Positions 52,556-64,000 of a DNA stretch of 64,000 nucleotides are shown one piece after another; positions within the stretch are counted from its first letter, which is position 1, and each line of letters starts with the position of its first letter. The notes below the pieces were generated by a model that worked only from the letters and a program-made list of their open reading frames with translations, made no database searches and was not told where the DNA came from. The DNA is taken from assembly GCF_016432865.1 (NCBI RefSeq), contig NC_067401.1, positions 387,748,001-387,812,000 of the forward strand, in the 5' to 3' direction. Source of the stretch: Antechinus flavipes. Taxonomy: Eukaryota. The position numbers and the translations under genes were made by a program.

Positions 52556-52861
52556 AAACAAATACTGGGCAGGCCCAAAATCCCACTGGTGTTATATATT
52601 CCAGAGGGGATGCTAGGAAATGATAAGCTCTTTATGATTCCTAGGTAACTGGTAACTTCTGCCTCAGGGATAGAATTTACTCACTGCAAGAGCTCACAAG
52701 GGAGGCAGAGAAGCAATACAAAGACATTCTCAAGGTCTCTTGAAAAAGGTATCAATCTTGAGACATAGGAAAGCCTGGCATAGGACCTCCCAGCATGGCA
52801 TGCCCACATAAAAGAAGGTGCTGTGCTCTGAGCACAATTGCCTAAAAGAAAAATGAGATGT

Positions 52862-53064
52862 CTCTGTCAATAAGAAGTTATTAAAAAAATAAAAATAAAA
52901 ATAAAAATATGATCTATAATTTTAATTCTTTGGAAATCCTATGACATCCTATACTTTGTAGTTATATAACATCATCACAAAAATATTGATATTGAAAACA
53001 TGGATTCTTATTTTGGAGTGATACTCAAGAGTTACTAAAAAAAAATACATAATTTACCAAAATC

Positions 53065-53095
<31 letters not shown>

Positions 53096-53100
53096 AAGAA
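52862..53100 (+). mobile_element. Extremely 5'-truncated young L1 with 3' transduction
   Basis: About 20 nt of L1 tail (ctctgtcaataagaagttatt), an A-rich tail, 157 bp of non-L1-looking sequence, a second poly(A), and flanking TSD copies. Confidence 0.8.
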
Positions 53101-53118
53101 AAAAGAAAAATGAGATGT

Positions 53119-54171
53119 CAAAGGTTCTGATAAAGACCTCATTCTAAAATATATAGAGGATTGACTCAAATTTATAAGAATTCAAGCCATTCTCCAATTG
53201 ATGAATGGGTTAAAGGATATGAACAGATATTTTTCAATTGAAGAAATTAAAACAATTTCTAGTCATTTAAAAAAATGCTCTAAATCATTATTGAGCAGAG
53301 AAATGCAAATTAAGACAACTCTGAGATAGCACTGCACACCTCTCAGAGCAGCTAAGATGACAGGAAAAGATAATGAGGAATGTTGGAGGGGATGTGGGAA
53401 AACTGGGACACTGATACATTGTTGGTGGAGTTGTGAACTGATCCAACCATTTTGTACAACAATTTGGAATTATGGTCAAAGGGCCATGACTTTTGATCCA
53501 GCGGTATCTCTACTGGGTCTGTATCATAAGACATCATAAAAAAGGGAAAAAGACCCACATCGCAAACCCTTTTTGTAGTGGCAAATAACTGGAAACTGAG
53601 TGGATGCCCATCAATTAGAGAATGGCTGAATAAATCATGGTATATGAATGTTATGGATTGTTATTGTTCTATAAGAAATGACCAACAGGATGATTTCAGA
53701 GAGGCCTGGAGAGACTTACATGAACTGATGCTGAATGAAATGAGCAGAACCAAGAGAACATTGTATGCAGCATCAACAAGATTATGTGTGATGGACGTGG
53801 CTTTTTTCATCAATGAGGTGATTCAGGTCAATTCCAATAGACTTGTGATGGAGAGAGCCATCTGCATTCAGAAAGAGGACTATGGGGACTATGGATTACA
53901 ACAAAGTAATTTCTCTTTTTTATTGTTTGCTTGCTTTTTTTGTTGCTCATTTTTTCCCTTTTTTGATCTGATTTTTCTTGTGCAGCATGACAAATGTGGA
54001 AATATGTATAGAAGAACTGCACATATTTAACATATATTGGATTACTTGCTGTCTAGGGAAGGAGAGGAGGGAATGGAGGGGAAAAAATTGGAACACAAGA
54101 TTTTGCAAGAGTGAATGTTGAAAATGATCTATGCATAGATGATCTATGCAAAAAAGAAAAAGGAAAAAAAG
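53119..54171 (+). mobile_element. 5'-truncated L1 (ORF2 end and 3' UTR)
   Basis: ORFs give CWRGCGKTGTLIHCWWSCELIQPF and NWKLSGCPSIREWLNKSW, the L1 ORF2 C-terminal Cys-rich region; 18-bp TSD. Confidence 0.95.
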
Positions 54172-54334
54172 AAAAGAAAAATGAGATGTGCAAATTTAAT
54201 CATCTCTACTTCAAATGTTCAAAGGGACTATTTGTGCCTGACCTGTGGTAGGCTCTTCATAGCTCATACTGACTTAATTAATCACAGCTGGATATCCTGT
54301 ATGTTGATCTTGATACTGTGATGTCACAGCTAAG

Positions 54335-54455
54335 CTAAGAATGGCTTTGACATTTTTCAATATAATAAACTTTTTCTAAAAATATTAAAACCACTCTTAG
54401 CATAAGAAAATAAGAGGCTGGCAGGATTTGGCCTGGGCTGTGGTTTGCCACCCTC
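54335..54455 (+). mobile_element. hAT-Charlie MITE 3' part (Charlie4z-like)
   Basis: aaaaccactcttagc...ggcaggatttggcctgggctgtggtttgccaccctc. Confidence 0.6.
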
Positions 54456-55656
54456 TCTATCTCTTCTTATTAATATAAGGGATGAGATCAGTGCAGATTT
54501 ATCCAGTAAGAATATTTTTGGCTATTGATCGCAATATATTTAAATGTGATCATGTAACTACATCCACAACTTCTCCCAATCTCTGGCAATCCAGATTCTA
54601 GAAGTTGTATACAAAACCTACTTCTTATCAAAGACCTTCTTGGACTATAAACCTACTAGTGGAATCTCTATGTCAAATGGCATTGGCATTTAGTCACTTT
54701 ATTTGCATAATACCAAATTACATTTTTAAAGCAAAGAAACCCATTTATTCACATTGGTAGCAAAATGAAAACCAGAGAAAGCATACATTGGAGAATATAT
54801 ACCAGATAATACAGAGTGAAGGATCTTTCCCATAGGGAGTAAGATTATTCATCTTAACCTAGAGAGTTTCAGATCTTACCCAAAGAAAATTCCCTAAAGT
54901 CTCTAATATAGCAAGCTGGAGATAGGGACTTCTTGGAGACTGCTAGCTCCTCTCATGACAACTTCTTCCCAGTGTTTTATTCTCCCCACAGCAACTTGAA
55001 GTGAGATTGGCATTCTCCATCAGGTCTCTCAAAACTGGAAGGCAGAAATACTTGAAGTGACTGCAGAGTCCAAAGAGAATTGAGAGATTGAAGAGATCAG
55101 ACTTCTTTTATATCCTGACAATTCCCTCCTACCCCTCCTTCAGCTTTAAATATTGATTTCCACAATGATTAGAGAGTCTTATAGCAAAGGGTTTGAGGAC
55201 TCAGTTTCCATTCCTCCCTGTGTGGAAACTCTTTGTAGTCCCTTGCAGATCAGTCAGGGTACATTTAAAACGTGCAATTATACAGTATAAACAAAGGTAT
55301 CAACATTTTAAAACAACAAGGACAATTTTCCTGGCATTCTAGGTAGCCAACCTTTGGTACCAGTGAAACATTAATAATACAAATGCACATGAGACGTTCA
55401 TTCAATAGACATGGCAATACACAGAATATCATCTGGGAGGATCCTACAGTGACAGCATACCTAATTAGACCTAATATTAAATTTAGTGTGCATTTCAAAA
55501 GCACATGCATATGCACGGCATAAGCAATCAATCTAAATCAATGCTAATAAAGCAAAGCCAGCTAATAGCAATAATAATGCCATTAAAAGGCTTTACAAAA
55601 ATTACATTTTGATTGTGAGCAGGAATATGTTGAAAAATAATTAAAAGACATTGCTA

Positions 55657-55781
55657 TAGTGGATAGAGCACCAGCCCTGAAGTTAGGAGGATCTGAGTTC
55701 AAATGTGACCCTAGACACTTAATACTTCCTAGCTGTGTGACCCTGGGCAAGTCATTTATCCCTAATTGCCTCAGGGAAAAA
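55657..55781 (+). mobile_element. 5'-truncated WSINE1 with perfect 14-bp TSD
   Basis: TSD aaaagacattgcta at 55643-55656 and 55782-55795. Confidence 0.95.
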
Positions 55782-55799
55782 AAAAGACATTGCTAGAAT

Positions 55800-56880
55800 A
55801 TTTTGGATGTACCAATTCATTTCCAGGAGCAACAAACTGTTGTGCCTATTTTCCTTCAATCCCTCCAACATAAGCTATTCTTATATTTTGTCATCTTTGT
55901 CAATTTGTTGACTGTGAGGTGAAACTTCAGGGTTGTTTTGTATTTTTATTAGTGATTTGGAATATTTTTATATGGTTGTTAATAGTTTATAATTCTTTTG
56001 AGAAATGTTTGTTCATGTACTTTGGTCACTTATCAGCTAGGTGTTGATATGGAGAGACCATTGGATTTGGAATCAAGAAGTCCTGAGTTCAAATATGGCC
56101 TCAGACACTTAGCTGTTTGACCACAGGCAAGTCACTTAACCACCTTGTGCCTCAGTTTTCTCATCTGTAAAATGAGAGACAACAATAGTACCTACCTACT
56201 AGGGTTGGTGTGAGGATAAAATGTGAAGCAATTTGCATACCTTAACATGCTATATAGCATATATACATATGTTATGTTAAAGCAATTATATTTTAGCTGC
56301 TGCTTTTTGTTTTCCTCTCTTCCTCGATTAGAGAATATATACACACATATATGTCTGTTTTCTTTATATCTTGTATACCAAACTTTAATCTGAAAAATCT
56401 AATACAAAGATTCTTACTCCCCTTTTCCCCCATTTGTCCATTTCTCTTTTAATCCTAGATGGATCAATTTTGTTTGCATAAACTCTAGTACATAAAGGTA
56501 ATGGAATATTATTGTTCTGTAAAAAATGATGAACAAGCTGATTATAGAAAGGCCTGAAAAGCTTTACATGGACTGATCTTGAGCAAAACAAGCAGAACCA
56601 GAAACACATTGTACAAAATAACAGCAAAAAATGTGCTATGGTAAACTATGAAAGACTTGGTTCTTCTCAGCAGTTCAGTGATCTAAAGCAATCCCAATAG
56701 ACTTTGGGCAGAAAATGCCATCTGCATCCAGAAAAAGATCTAAGACTAAATGTAAATCAACACATTCTATGTCCACTTCTTTTTTTCTGTTTTTTTTTTT
56801 TAAATTTCTCCATGGTTCTTCCCTTTTCCTTTCCTAACATGATTCATAAAGCAATATGTGTTAAAAAATTTTAAAAAAAG
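55800..56880. mobile_element. Minus-strand L1 fragment carrying a CORE-SINE (56040-56265), followed by a + strand L1 3' UTR (56490-56880)
   Basis: L1 motifs in both orientations; CORE motif cctcagttttctcatctgtaaaatg. Confidence 0.75.
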
Positions 56881-57257
56881 TTTGTACAGAAGCTGTTTAA
56901 TTTAACATAAAGAAATTACGGTGTCAGGAAAGGTACAACATTTTGAAATTAGTCATTCAAAGTTGAAGAAAGGGAATTGAATATTTTAAACATACAGGTG
57001 ATGAACTCATTAAAAGCCAAAAATTATTTTCTATGACCTCAAACTGGAGATGAAAAAGCTACTGAAGAAGCATCTTATAAGCTAAGTTATGCACAATGTC
57101 TTGGATGGAGAAGAACAAACAATAGCTAAGAGACTAATAAAACTTTGTACAACAGAGGCTGCTGAATGGTTGGTGGATGAAAAGACAGGCAAAAGAATAA
57201 TTTCACTTACACTTTCTAACAATATATTAATGAACTAATAGGATTAAAGATTTAGTT

Positions 57258-57668
57258 ACTCAACAATACTGTATGAGGATGTATTCTGATGGAAGTGGAT
57301 TTCCTCAACAAAAAGATCTCACTCAGTTTCAATTGATCAATGAGGAACAGAAGCAGCTACACCCAAAGAAAGAACACTGGGAAATGAATGTAAACTGTTT
57401 GCATTTTGGTTTTTCTTCCCGGGTTATTTTTACCTTCTGAATCCAATTCTCCCTGTGCAACAAGAGAACTGCTCGGTTCTGCACACATATATTGTAGCTA
57501 GGATATACTGCAACATATCTAACATGTAAAGGACTGCTTGACATCTGGGTGAGGGAGTGGAGGGAGGGAGGGGAAAAATCGGAACAGAAGTGAGTGCAAG
57601 GGATAATGTTGTAAAAAAATTACCCAGGCATGGACTCTGTCAATAAAAAAGTTATAATTATTTTTAAA
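57258..57668 (+). mobile_element. Young 5'-truncated L1 with 12-bp TSD
   Basis: TSD aaagatttagtt at 57246-57257 and 57669-57680; retains CpGs; 3' UTR type recalled from dasyurid L1. Confidence 0.9.
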
Positions 57669-58186
57669 AAAGATTTAGTTGCTAACCTGAAGCCTGGCTT
57701 ACTGTCTCATCTATGGAATTATATTCTTGCTTTGTTTTTGTTGTTTTTTGTCCTTTGTTATCGAAGAAGATCATGTCAGGGAGGTGATGCCATGATATGC
57801 AAGTGAATTGGATTTAAGTGAGTGAAGGGTCAAGAAGTGGATGTATCTACAGATTTGGTTGGACTTGCAGTTTTCCTTATCTTCATCCTTATGTGCACCA
57901 ACTAATCATCAAAGAAGACCTTCTTCTACATGAATGCATAGTAACAGGAGTAAATGATGGCAGTCAAAGTGTTGAATACCTTTTTGGAGTATCATGATAT
58001 ACATTCTGGAACAAGTATGTTGATATTTGTATTCATGGTGCAAATACAGTGATGCTAAAGTTGTAAACACCTTAGCACAAAACAAGACAATGGCATCAAA
58101 CTGTTTTGGTGGTCATTGTGTTCTTTACTGCCAGATACTTACCTTTAAAAATAAAATCCAGTTTTATTTAAGAATATCTTTGATGA

Positions 58187-59332
58187 GGGTTCTGATAAAG
58201 GCCTCATTTTAAAAATATATAATTAACTCAAATTTATAAGAATTCAAGCCATTTTCCGATTGATAAATGGTCAAAGGATATGAACAGATAATTTTCAGAT
58301 GAAGAAATTAAAACCATTTCCAATCATATGAAAAATGCTTCAAATCACTATTGATCAGAGAAATGCAAATTAAGATACAACAGCTAACACTTTACAACTC
58401 TCTGATTGGCTAAGATGATAGGAAAAGATAATGATTAATGTTGGAGGGAAGGTGGGAAAAGTGGGACACTAATGCATTGTTGGTGGAGTTATGAACTGAT
58501 CCTACCATTCTGGAGAGCAATATGGAACTATGCCCATATGAACTGATTATAGAAAGGCCTGAAAAGCTTTACATGGACTGATCCTGAGCAAAACAAGCAG
58601 AACAAGAAACACATTGTACAAAATAACACATCCTTTGATCCAGAAGTGTCTCTATTGGGCCTGCATCCCAAAGATATTATACAAAAGGGAAAAGGATCTA
58701 CAGGTGCAAAAATGTTTGAATCAGCCCCTAGTGGCAAGAAATTGGAAACTGAATGGATGCCCATCAGTTAGGGAATGGATGAATAAATTATAGTGCATGA
58801 ATGTCATGGAATATTATTGTTCTGTAAAAATAATGATCAGCAGGATTTCAGAGAGGCCTGGAGAGACTTACATGAACTGATGCTAAGTGAAGTGACTAGA
58901 ACCAAGAGAATACTGTACACAGCAACAAAAAAAAAATTGTGATGATCAATTGTTGATGGATTTGGCTCTTTCCAACAATGAAGTGATTCAGACCAATTCT
59001 TATAGATTTATGATGGAGAGAGCCATCTGCAGCCAAAAAGGGGATTGTGGGGACTGAATATGGATAACAACATAGTATTTTCACTTTTTATGTTGTTGTT
59101 TGCTTTTTTTTTCTTTCTAATTTTTCTTCCTTTTTGATCTGATTTTTCTTATGCAACATGATAAATTAGAAATATGTTTAGAAGAATTGCACATGTTTAA
59201 CATACATTGTATTACTTGCTATCTGGGGGAAGGGAGGGAGAAAAATTTGGAACACAGGGTTTTGTTGAAAACTATTTTTGCATGTATTTTGAAAATAAAA
59301 AAGGTATTATAAAAATAGAAAAATAATTTTAA
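58187..59332 (+). mobile_element. 5'-truncated L1 inside Charlie1
   Basis: Collinear with 53119-54171; TSD-like aagaatatctttgatga (58170) / aagaatattcttgatga (59333). Confidence 0.9.
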
Positions 59333-59609
59333 AAGAATATTCTTGATGAAGATTCCCTTTATTTAATTGTACTTTTTGGGATAAGGGATGAGTCTACTGG
59401 GAGGGATGAAGAAGTTTTTGGGAAGTGAGAATGAAGTAAAGAACAACAACAAAAAAGTGTTCTTGATGAAATGACAACAATTATTACTTTTAATCTTAAT
59501 GTCAATCCTTGAGCATACAGATTTTTAATGTTCAGTGTGATGAAATGGGAAATATTCATAGCATGCTGCATAAAAATGATTAGCAAACTGCTAATAGCAA
59601 ATCTGCTTT

Positions 59610-60098
59610 TTTTTCTATTTTTTTTAAAGTTTCTATTTATTTTATGGAATAAAACAAGCATTTCCATAATATAAAACAATAAAAAGAAACTGAAAACTGA
59701 ACACAGAAACTGAAACTGAAAATCTACTATGTGCAAATTACTACTCCTTCCAACTATACAACAAAATTATCATGTAAATTACCTTCCCACCCCCACCCCC
59801 CTTTTTTTCTTCCCTCTTTACTTACTACTGTAGAGATGGCTACCNNNNNNNNNNNNNNNNNNNNNNNNNNNNNNNNNNNNNNNNNNNNNNNNNNNNNNNN
59901 NNNNNNNNNNNNNNNNNNNNNNNNNNNNNNNNNNNNNNNNNNNNNNNNNNNNNNNNNNNNNNNNNNNNNNNNNNNNNNNNNNNTTTATTTATGAGTTCTC
60001 CTCTGGATGCAGATAGCGAATTCCTTCATATGTCTTTTATAGTTAATTTGGCTGTTCCTAATAGACAAAATAACTTATTCACTCAAACCTATTCTTAC
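59610..60098 (-). mobile_element. L1 3' UTR fragment inside Charlie1 (contains N-run 59845-59983)
   Basis: tttatggaataaaacaagcatttccataa...ctctggatgcagatagc; Charlie1 resumes at ttcatggaatatcattttt. Confidence 0.75.
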
Positions 60099-60919
60099 TT
60101 TCATGGAATATCATTTTTGCTTGAAAATGACAACTATAGTTATTAGATTTGGGTACTTGAAAGAACAACTGAAAAACTATGGTTATTCAAGTTTGGATAT
60201 TTTGAGGACATCTTCTCAAAAATGAAGTGATATGCTCACTTCAAGAGAAACAACTGACAATATTTATTGCCAATCTAAATTGTGAGCTTTTGAGCAAAAA
60301 TTAGAATTTGAGAAAACTTGATTCTGCCTTTGTGAGCTTGACAACTTCTGATGGGATAAAAGCTGATATTAAGAAATGTAATTTTTTTGAAGTTGTATAA
60401 TGAAATATATCAACATTTAGAAGATCTTCATGACTCAGTGAACCAATATTTTACAAAAGACAAACACATTATGTTACAGAATCATGCATGGATAAAAGAT
60501 CCATTCAAGGTGCAAGAAAGACCAATGAATTTTAATGTAACAGTGTATGAAATATTTATTGACAAAGTTTCAGATTATATGCTGTAACTAACCTTTAAGA
60601 AACTACTGTATGTCTAGCTTTGAATTAGTATAAAAATATCCACAATCTGAAAGAGGAATTAAAATATGTTTAGATAGAAGGTAATTGTTATTGTTATTTA
60701 AGATGAGTTCATGAATAAATTTTTTAAAGGTTTATCGATTTTAATTTCTAATACAGTAAATATCAATAGATATAACTCACATAAATAAAAGCTCTTTGGG
60801 ACTTATTAAGAGGTATAACTCACACAAATAAAAGCTCCTTAATATTTTTTTAGGAATGCAGAGGGGACCTGAAACTTAAAAGTTTGAGAACCTTTGGGCT
60901 AAACAAACTATAGCTTATG

Positions 60920-61200
60920 AATGTAATAGGATATTATTATGCTATAGGAAATGAATATAAAAAAAACACAGAGAAACATGTTCAGACTTGAATGAACTAA
61001 TGTAGAGTGTAGTAAGCAGAGCTAAGAAAATAACATGCTTAATGAACACAATAATGAAAATGGAAGGAACAAGCACCATGAAATAATCAAAATCAAAGAG
61101 AATGACAAAGGCTACAAAATAAGATATAAGAAGATAACTTCTTACTCCTTTACGAAGGTGGGAAGTCACTGGGTATGGAATATTCCATTTATTTTAGACT
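60920..61200 (+). mobile_element. Old L1 3' fragment
   Basis: gacttgaatgaactaatgtagagtgtagtaagcagagctaagaaaataac. Confidence 0.6.
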
Positions 61201-61601
61201 TTTTTGGGAGTGTATTAATCAATTTTGATAATTATTTTTCTTTTTCTTTTTTTTCTTTTAAAACAACATTCTTTGTTATGTGGTACCAGCCCCAACTCTG
61301 AATCTGTGTTGAGCTGAATGGTCCTCAACTGAGGATTTCTATCGACACTAGCAATTTTGCCAGCCCAAAGTAGAACTTTCATTGGGGAGCTCTAAGATAC
61401 AATGATAAATTACAATTTCCATGAATGGAAAAAGAATCTTTTTTTTTTTTCACAGATATCTTGCAATATAGTATCCTGAGCTGGTTTTTATAGATGGATG
61501 TAACATGTGCCGACTCTGACCTCTGACACAATGAACTAAATTCAGCTATAGAGCTCTTTCTCTAATAATAATCTTAATGTTTCTAGCCTTCACCCAGGCT
61601 A

Positions 61602-62009
61602 TGTCAGAATGTCAGAAATAGACTCTTGTCTCTTGTGGGGAGTTTTTTTGAACTCTCCTCCAGGCACTCAGACTAACAAAGGCATTAAAGACAAAGGAAA
61701 TCTTTATTTTAAAGACAAAAAAAAAGGACTTCTATTCATGCCCTCAGTAAAGCAATTGTGGAGAGCCCTCCTCAGTGAACTCCCTTCTCTCCCCAGAAGT
61801 TTGGCTCCTAATACTTGCAAAATGACTGTACACTTAGTGGAGCCCCAGTTCTATAAATGGATTTAGAGGACCTGGTGCAGCAGCAGGTTCAATATTTTTG
61901 ATCAAGGCACAGGAACTGTGAGAACTTTCATCTTTCCACTTCATCTCCTTCCTTCTGGGGGTAACAAGGCAATAATAGTTTTGCAATAGGTCCCTTATTC
62001 CTGATTACA
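61602..62009 (-). mobile_element. Solo LTR (ERV-like)
   Basis: TG...CA termini, minus-strand AATAAA (~61703), TSD-like gcta/gtta. Confidence 0.6.
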
Positions 62010-62069
62010 GTTATTCACAGTCCCTTATATTCTTAGAACTATAATTTGATACTGAGATAGTCACTTGGG

Positions 62070-62240
62070 AATCAGAATAAATAAGGTGCTGGACTTGGAG
62101 TGAAAAACACCAGCTCAAATTCTGCTTTAAGATACTTATTAGCTACATGACCCTAAGCAAGTCCCTTCACTACTCTCAGTCTCAGTTTACTCATATTTCA
62201 AATGAAGATAATAATAGCACTCACCTCCCAGGATTGTTAT
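62070..62240 (+). mobile_element. MIR/CORE-SINE
   Basis: gctggacttggagtgaaaa...ctcagtttactcatatttcaaatgaagataataatagcac. Confidence 0.8.
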
Positions 62241-62342
62241 ATTGCAATTTTTTCTCTACTTCCCTTGAGAAATCCAAGAGAAACTAATAAACCTTATAAC
62301 AAATGAAAATAATTTTGCAAAATGAATCCTAATAGTTACTGA

Positions 62343-63029
62343 TGTGATGGTTTAGGAGACCAGACATGGCATAGGAGAGCAATTGCTGGTTCCAAATAAT
62401 GTATTTGAGGTTTAGCACCAAATATTGGGGTTCGGTCATATGAAGAATTTACAATGGACATTCTCTTTGGCAATAGGTAAGTTTATTTAGGAGAAGAGGT
62501 TATAGACACAATGAATATTTTGCAGTATACTTGCAATATTTGCAATAGATATCACAAATGGCAAATATGAAATAGAGTTGGGAAAACACATAGCAAGGAA
62601 AGGCGTTTTAACAATTAATGATAGAAAAAACAAATTCCCTACTGAAACTCACTATTAACCAGGAGAAAGAGAACATCCCATGAGGTTGCAGGATGCCATT
62701 AGCATCCTAAAAGAATTAGTTATAAGAAGGATAAAGATACAATGATGTATGACATGAGACATGATGGTGTGAGACATGACCATAAGGCATAGTGGGGGAT
62801 GAGAAGAAAGACACCACTTGGCATGGGGTAGGGAAAAGACACCAAAAAGCAGAGTGCCATGGCAGGCTATAACCCAAAGGGATTCAGCAAAGATGGCGTG
62901 AGCCATGGACAGATTTATAGTAGAAACTTAACCTCCAGGGTTTGACGTAATTTGGATTTCTTGACTCACACAGTTTAGCTTCATAGTCCTATCAGTGCCC
63001 TTCCCAGCCTGCCCCAGGGAGCAATTACA
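62343..63029 (-). mobile_element. Solo LTR with perfect 4-bp TSD (ERV1-like)
   Basis: tgtgatgg...caattaca termini; TSD ctga at 62339-62342 and 63030-63033; minus-strand TATAAA (~62912) and AATAAA (~62485). Confidence 0.8.
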
Positions 63030-63242
63030 CTGATGTTTCATTTTTTGTCTGCCAAACACACTCAGGACCTCATCAGTAACTGCGCCAAAAATGTATGTCT
63101 TTTTCTGTACCTGGAATCCATCGTGTATCTCGTTCAGAAGATGGGTAACATCATATATCATTTGGAGACATGATTGTGGTCCTTGGCAGCTAGATGGACA
63201 TTGATAGAGAGAACCTGACAATCTGGAAGTCAAGCTACTTTC

Positions 63243-63952
63243 TGAGGTAAGCAGGGAGGAGCACTGATAGGATCAAAAGGGAACCTTTTGATTTTTGTTC
63301 TTTAAATGGATTTTTATTACAGTCCCACCCCAGGTTGAATTCTTTGTCAAATTCTTTGCATCAAAATTCCATGATTACTGTATCCAATCAGAAAGCCAAG
63401 AAATCCTGAAAGCCGTGTGTGGGTGGCCTCAGGATTATACTTTCTCTATAAAAGAATCTCCAGTTTTACTAATTTAGTAGCTCCCTTTAGGTAATCCCTT
63501 TTAGGCTTAGCCCACTAACTTCTCTTTATATTTAGTCCACTTGCTAAGCACCATTTAGCTGGATAACACTTACTGGGACTCCTTTTTTAGAGTTAGCCTA
63601 CTTTATGGAATCAAGGGTTCATTACGAACCCTTAATTAGGATTAGGAAGTCTTTCAGTAGGAAGTCATTAGGAATAGCGTCTTCCCTCTGGCTAACTGTG
63701 AGTTCTGCTAGGGAACATCTCTTTTCCCTATTAATTGCTAAAATCCTTTTTCTTTGCTAAAAACCCTTATGGATTTAGCTTGCTCTTAAGAACTACACTC
63801 TAAGGAGTGTAATAAAATCTTTGCTTCTTGATTTGGAGAAAGTCTAAATTTAAAAATTCTTTTAAGACAAGCCATGGCATTGGCCTGTAACTCCAATATA
63901 CTTAAATGATCTAAAACCCCTTCTCCTCAATATTTTGTGGCAAACCCTATCA
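63243..63952 (+). mobile_element. Probable LTR related to 62343-63029; right end uncertain
   Basis: Starts TG and shares gcactgatagga with the 5' end of the neighbouring LTR; CCAAT (~63384), TATAAAA (~63448), AATAAA (~63811); no TSD confirmed. Confidence 0.6.
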
Positions 63953-64000
63953 ATTTATTACTGCATTAATCATAATTCTTGAGCCTTTCAAAGTTAATTT

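Larger units (their letters stand above)
52690..54330 (+). mobile_element. RTE 3' fragment split by two L1 insertions
   Basis: 52690-52861 and 54172-54330 match the RTE copy at 11.2-11.5 kb (tacaaagacattctcaaggtctct; gactatttgtgcctgacctgtggtag). Confidence 0.85.
56930..60896 (+). mobile_element. Charlie1-type hAT transposon remnant, interrupted at least five times
   Basis: Transposase remnants in order: EKATEEASYK (~57.05 kb), KDLVANLK (57.67 kb), a degraded catalytic-region segment (~58.0 kb), LYNEIYQHLEDLHDSVNQYF...QNHAWIKDPFKVQERPMNFNV (60387-60587); 3' terminus aaagtttgagaacctttg. The 5' end was not located. Confidence 0.85.

Noticed and set aside
54125-54150. 14-bp palindrome atctatgcatagat with a tandem tgatctatgca at an L1 tail
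   Set aside because: Small local template-switch mutation in a repeat tail; no reason to infer function
54480-55600. Unassigned sequence examined as a possible LTR, endogenous viral element or Charlie1 5' end
   Set aside because: No termini, TSD or translatable viral or transposase motif that I can support
62928-63233. 101-aa minus-strand ORF with a protein-like middle (YDVTHLLNEIHDGFQVQKKTYIFG)
   Set aside because: Crosses an LTR junction at 63029 and has no recognised homology; BLASTX of 63034-63242 would settle it
1-64000. tRNA-like boxes, CRISPR-like arrays, rRNA/snRNA copies, processed pseudogenes and non-retroviral viral inserts
   Set aside because: tRNA-like boxes are SINE heads; I saw no regularly spaced repeat array and recognised no structural RNA, pseudogene or viral ORF

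Overview
AT-rich, repeat-dense marsupial genomic DNA. WSINE1, MAR1/MIR, WALLSI4, RTE, a young L1 3' UTR and an OC1-type MITE point to a dasyurid such as the Tasmanian devil (inference). I recognise no protein-coding exon and name no gene. Nearly all listed ORFs are repeat-derived, low-complexity or span N-runs. The best-supported non-repeat structure is a CpG-island promoter at ~35.7-36.4 kb with a minus-strand first exon ending at a strong donor (CG|GTGAGT, 35831). Positions 1-35.8 kb are therefore probably the first intron of an unidentified gene, with a candidate alternative first exon at 9.9-10.1 kb and a second MEF2/TATA element at 26.7 kb. Positions 36.4-64 kb are upstream sequence with candidate enhancers (49.5 and 51-52 kb), many purine-rich tracts and gaps, and a nested transposon/LTR cluster from 52.7 kb on. 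I found no convincing novel biological system. The most interesting sequence-level observations are an L1 3' transduction that re-used an older target site, an 86-bp locally templated insertion between two L1 copies, a 22-bp perfect hairpin, and a MITE of the horizontally transferred OC1 family. Repeat names come from recalled consensus sequences, not a database search, and most boundaries are approximate.
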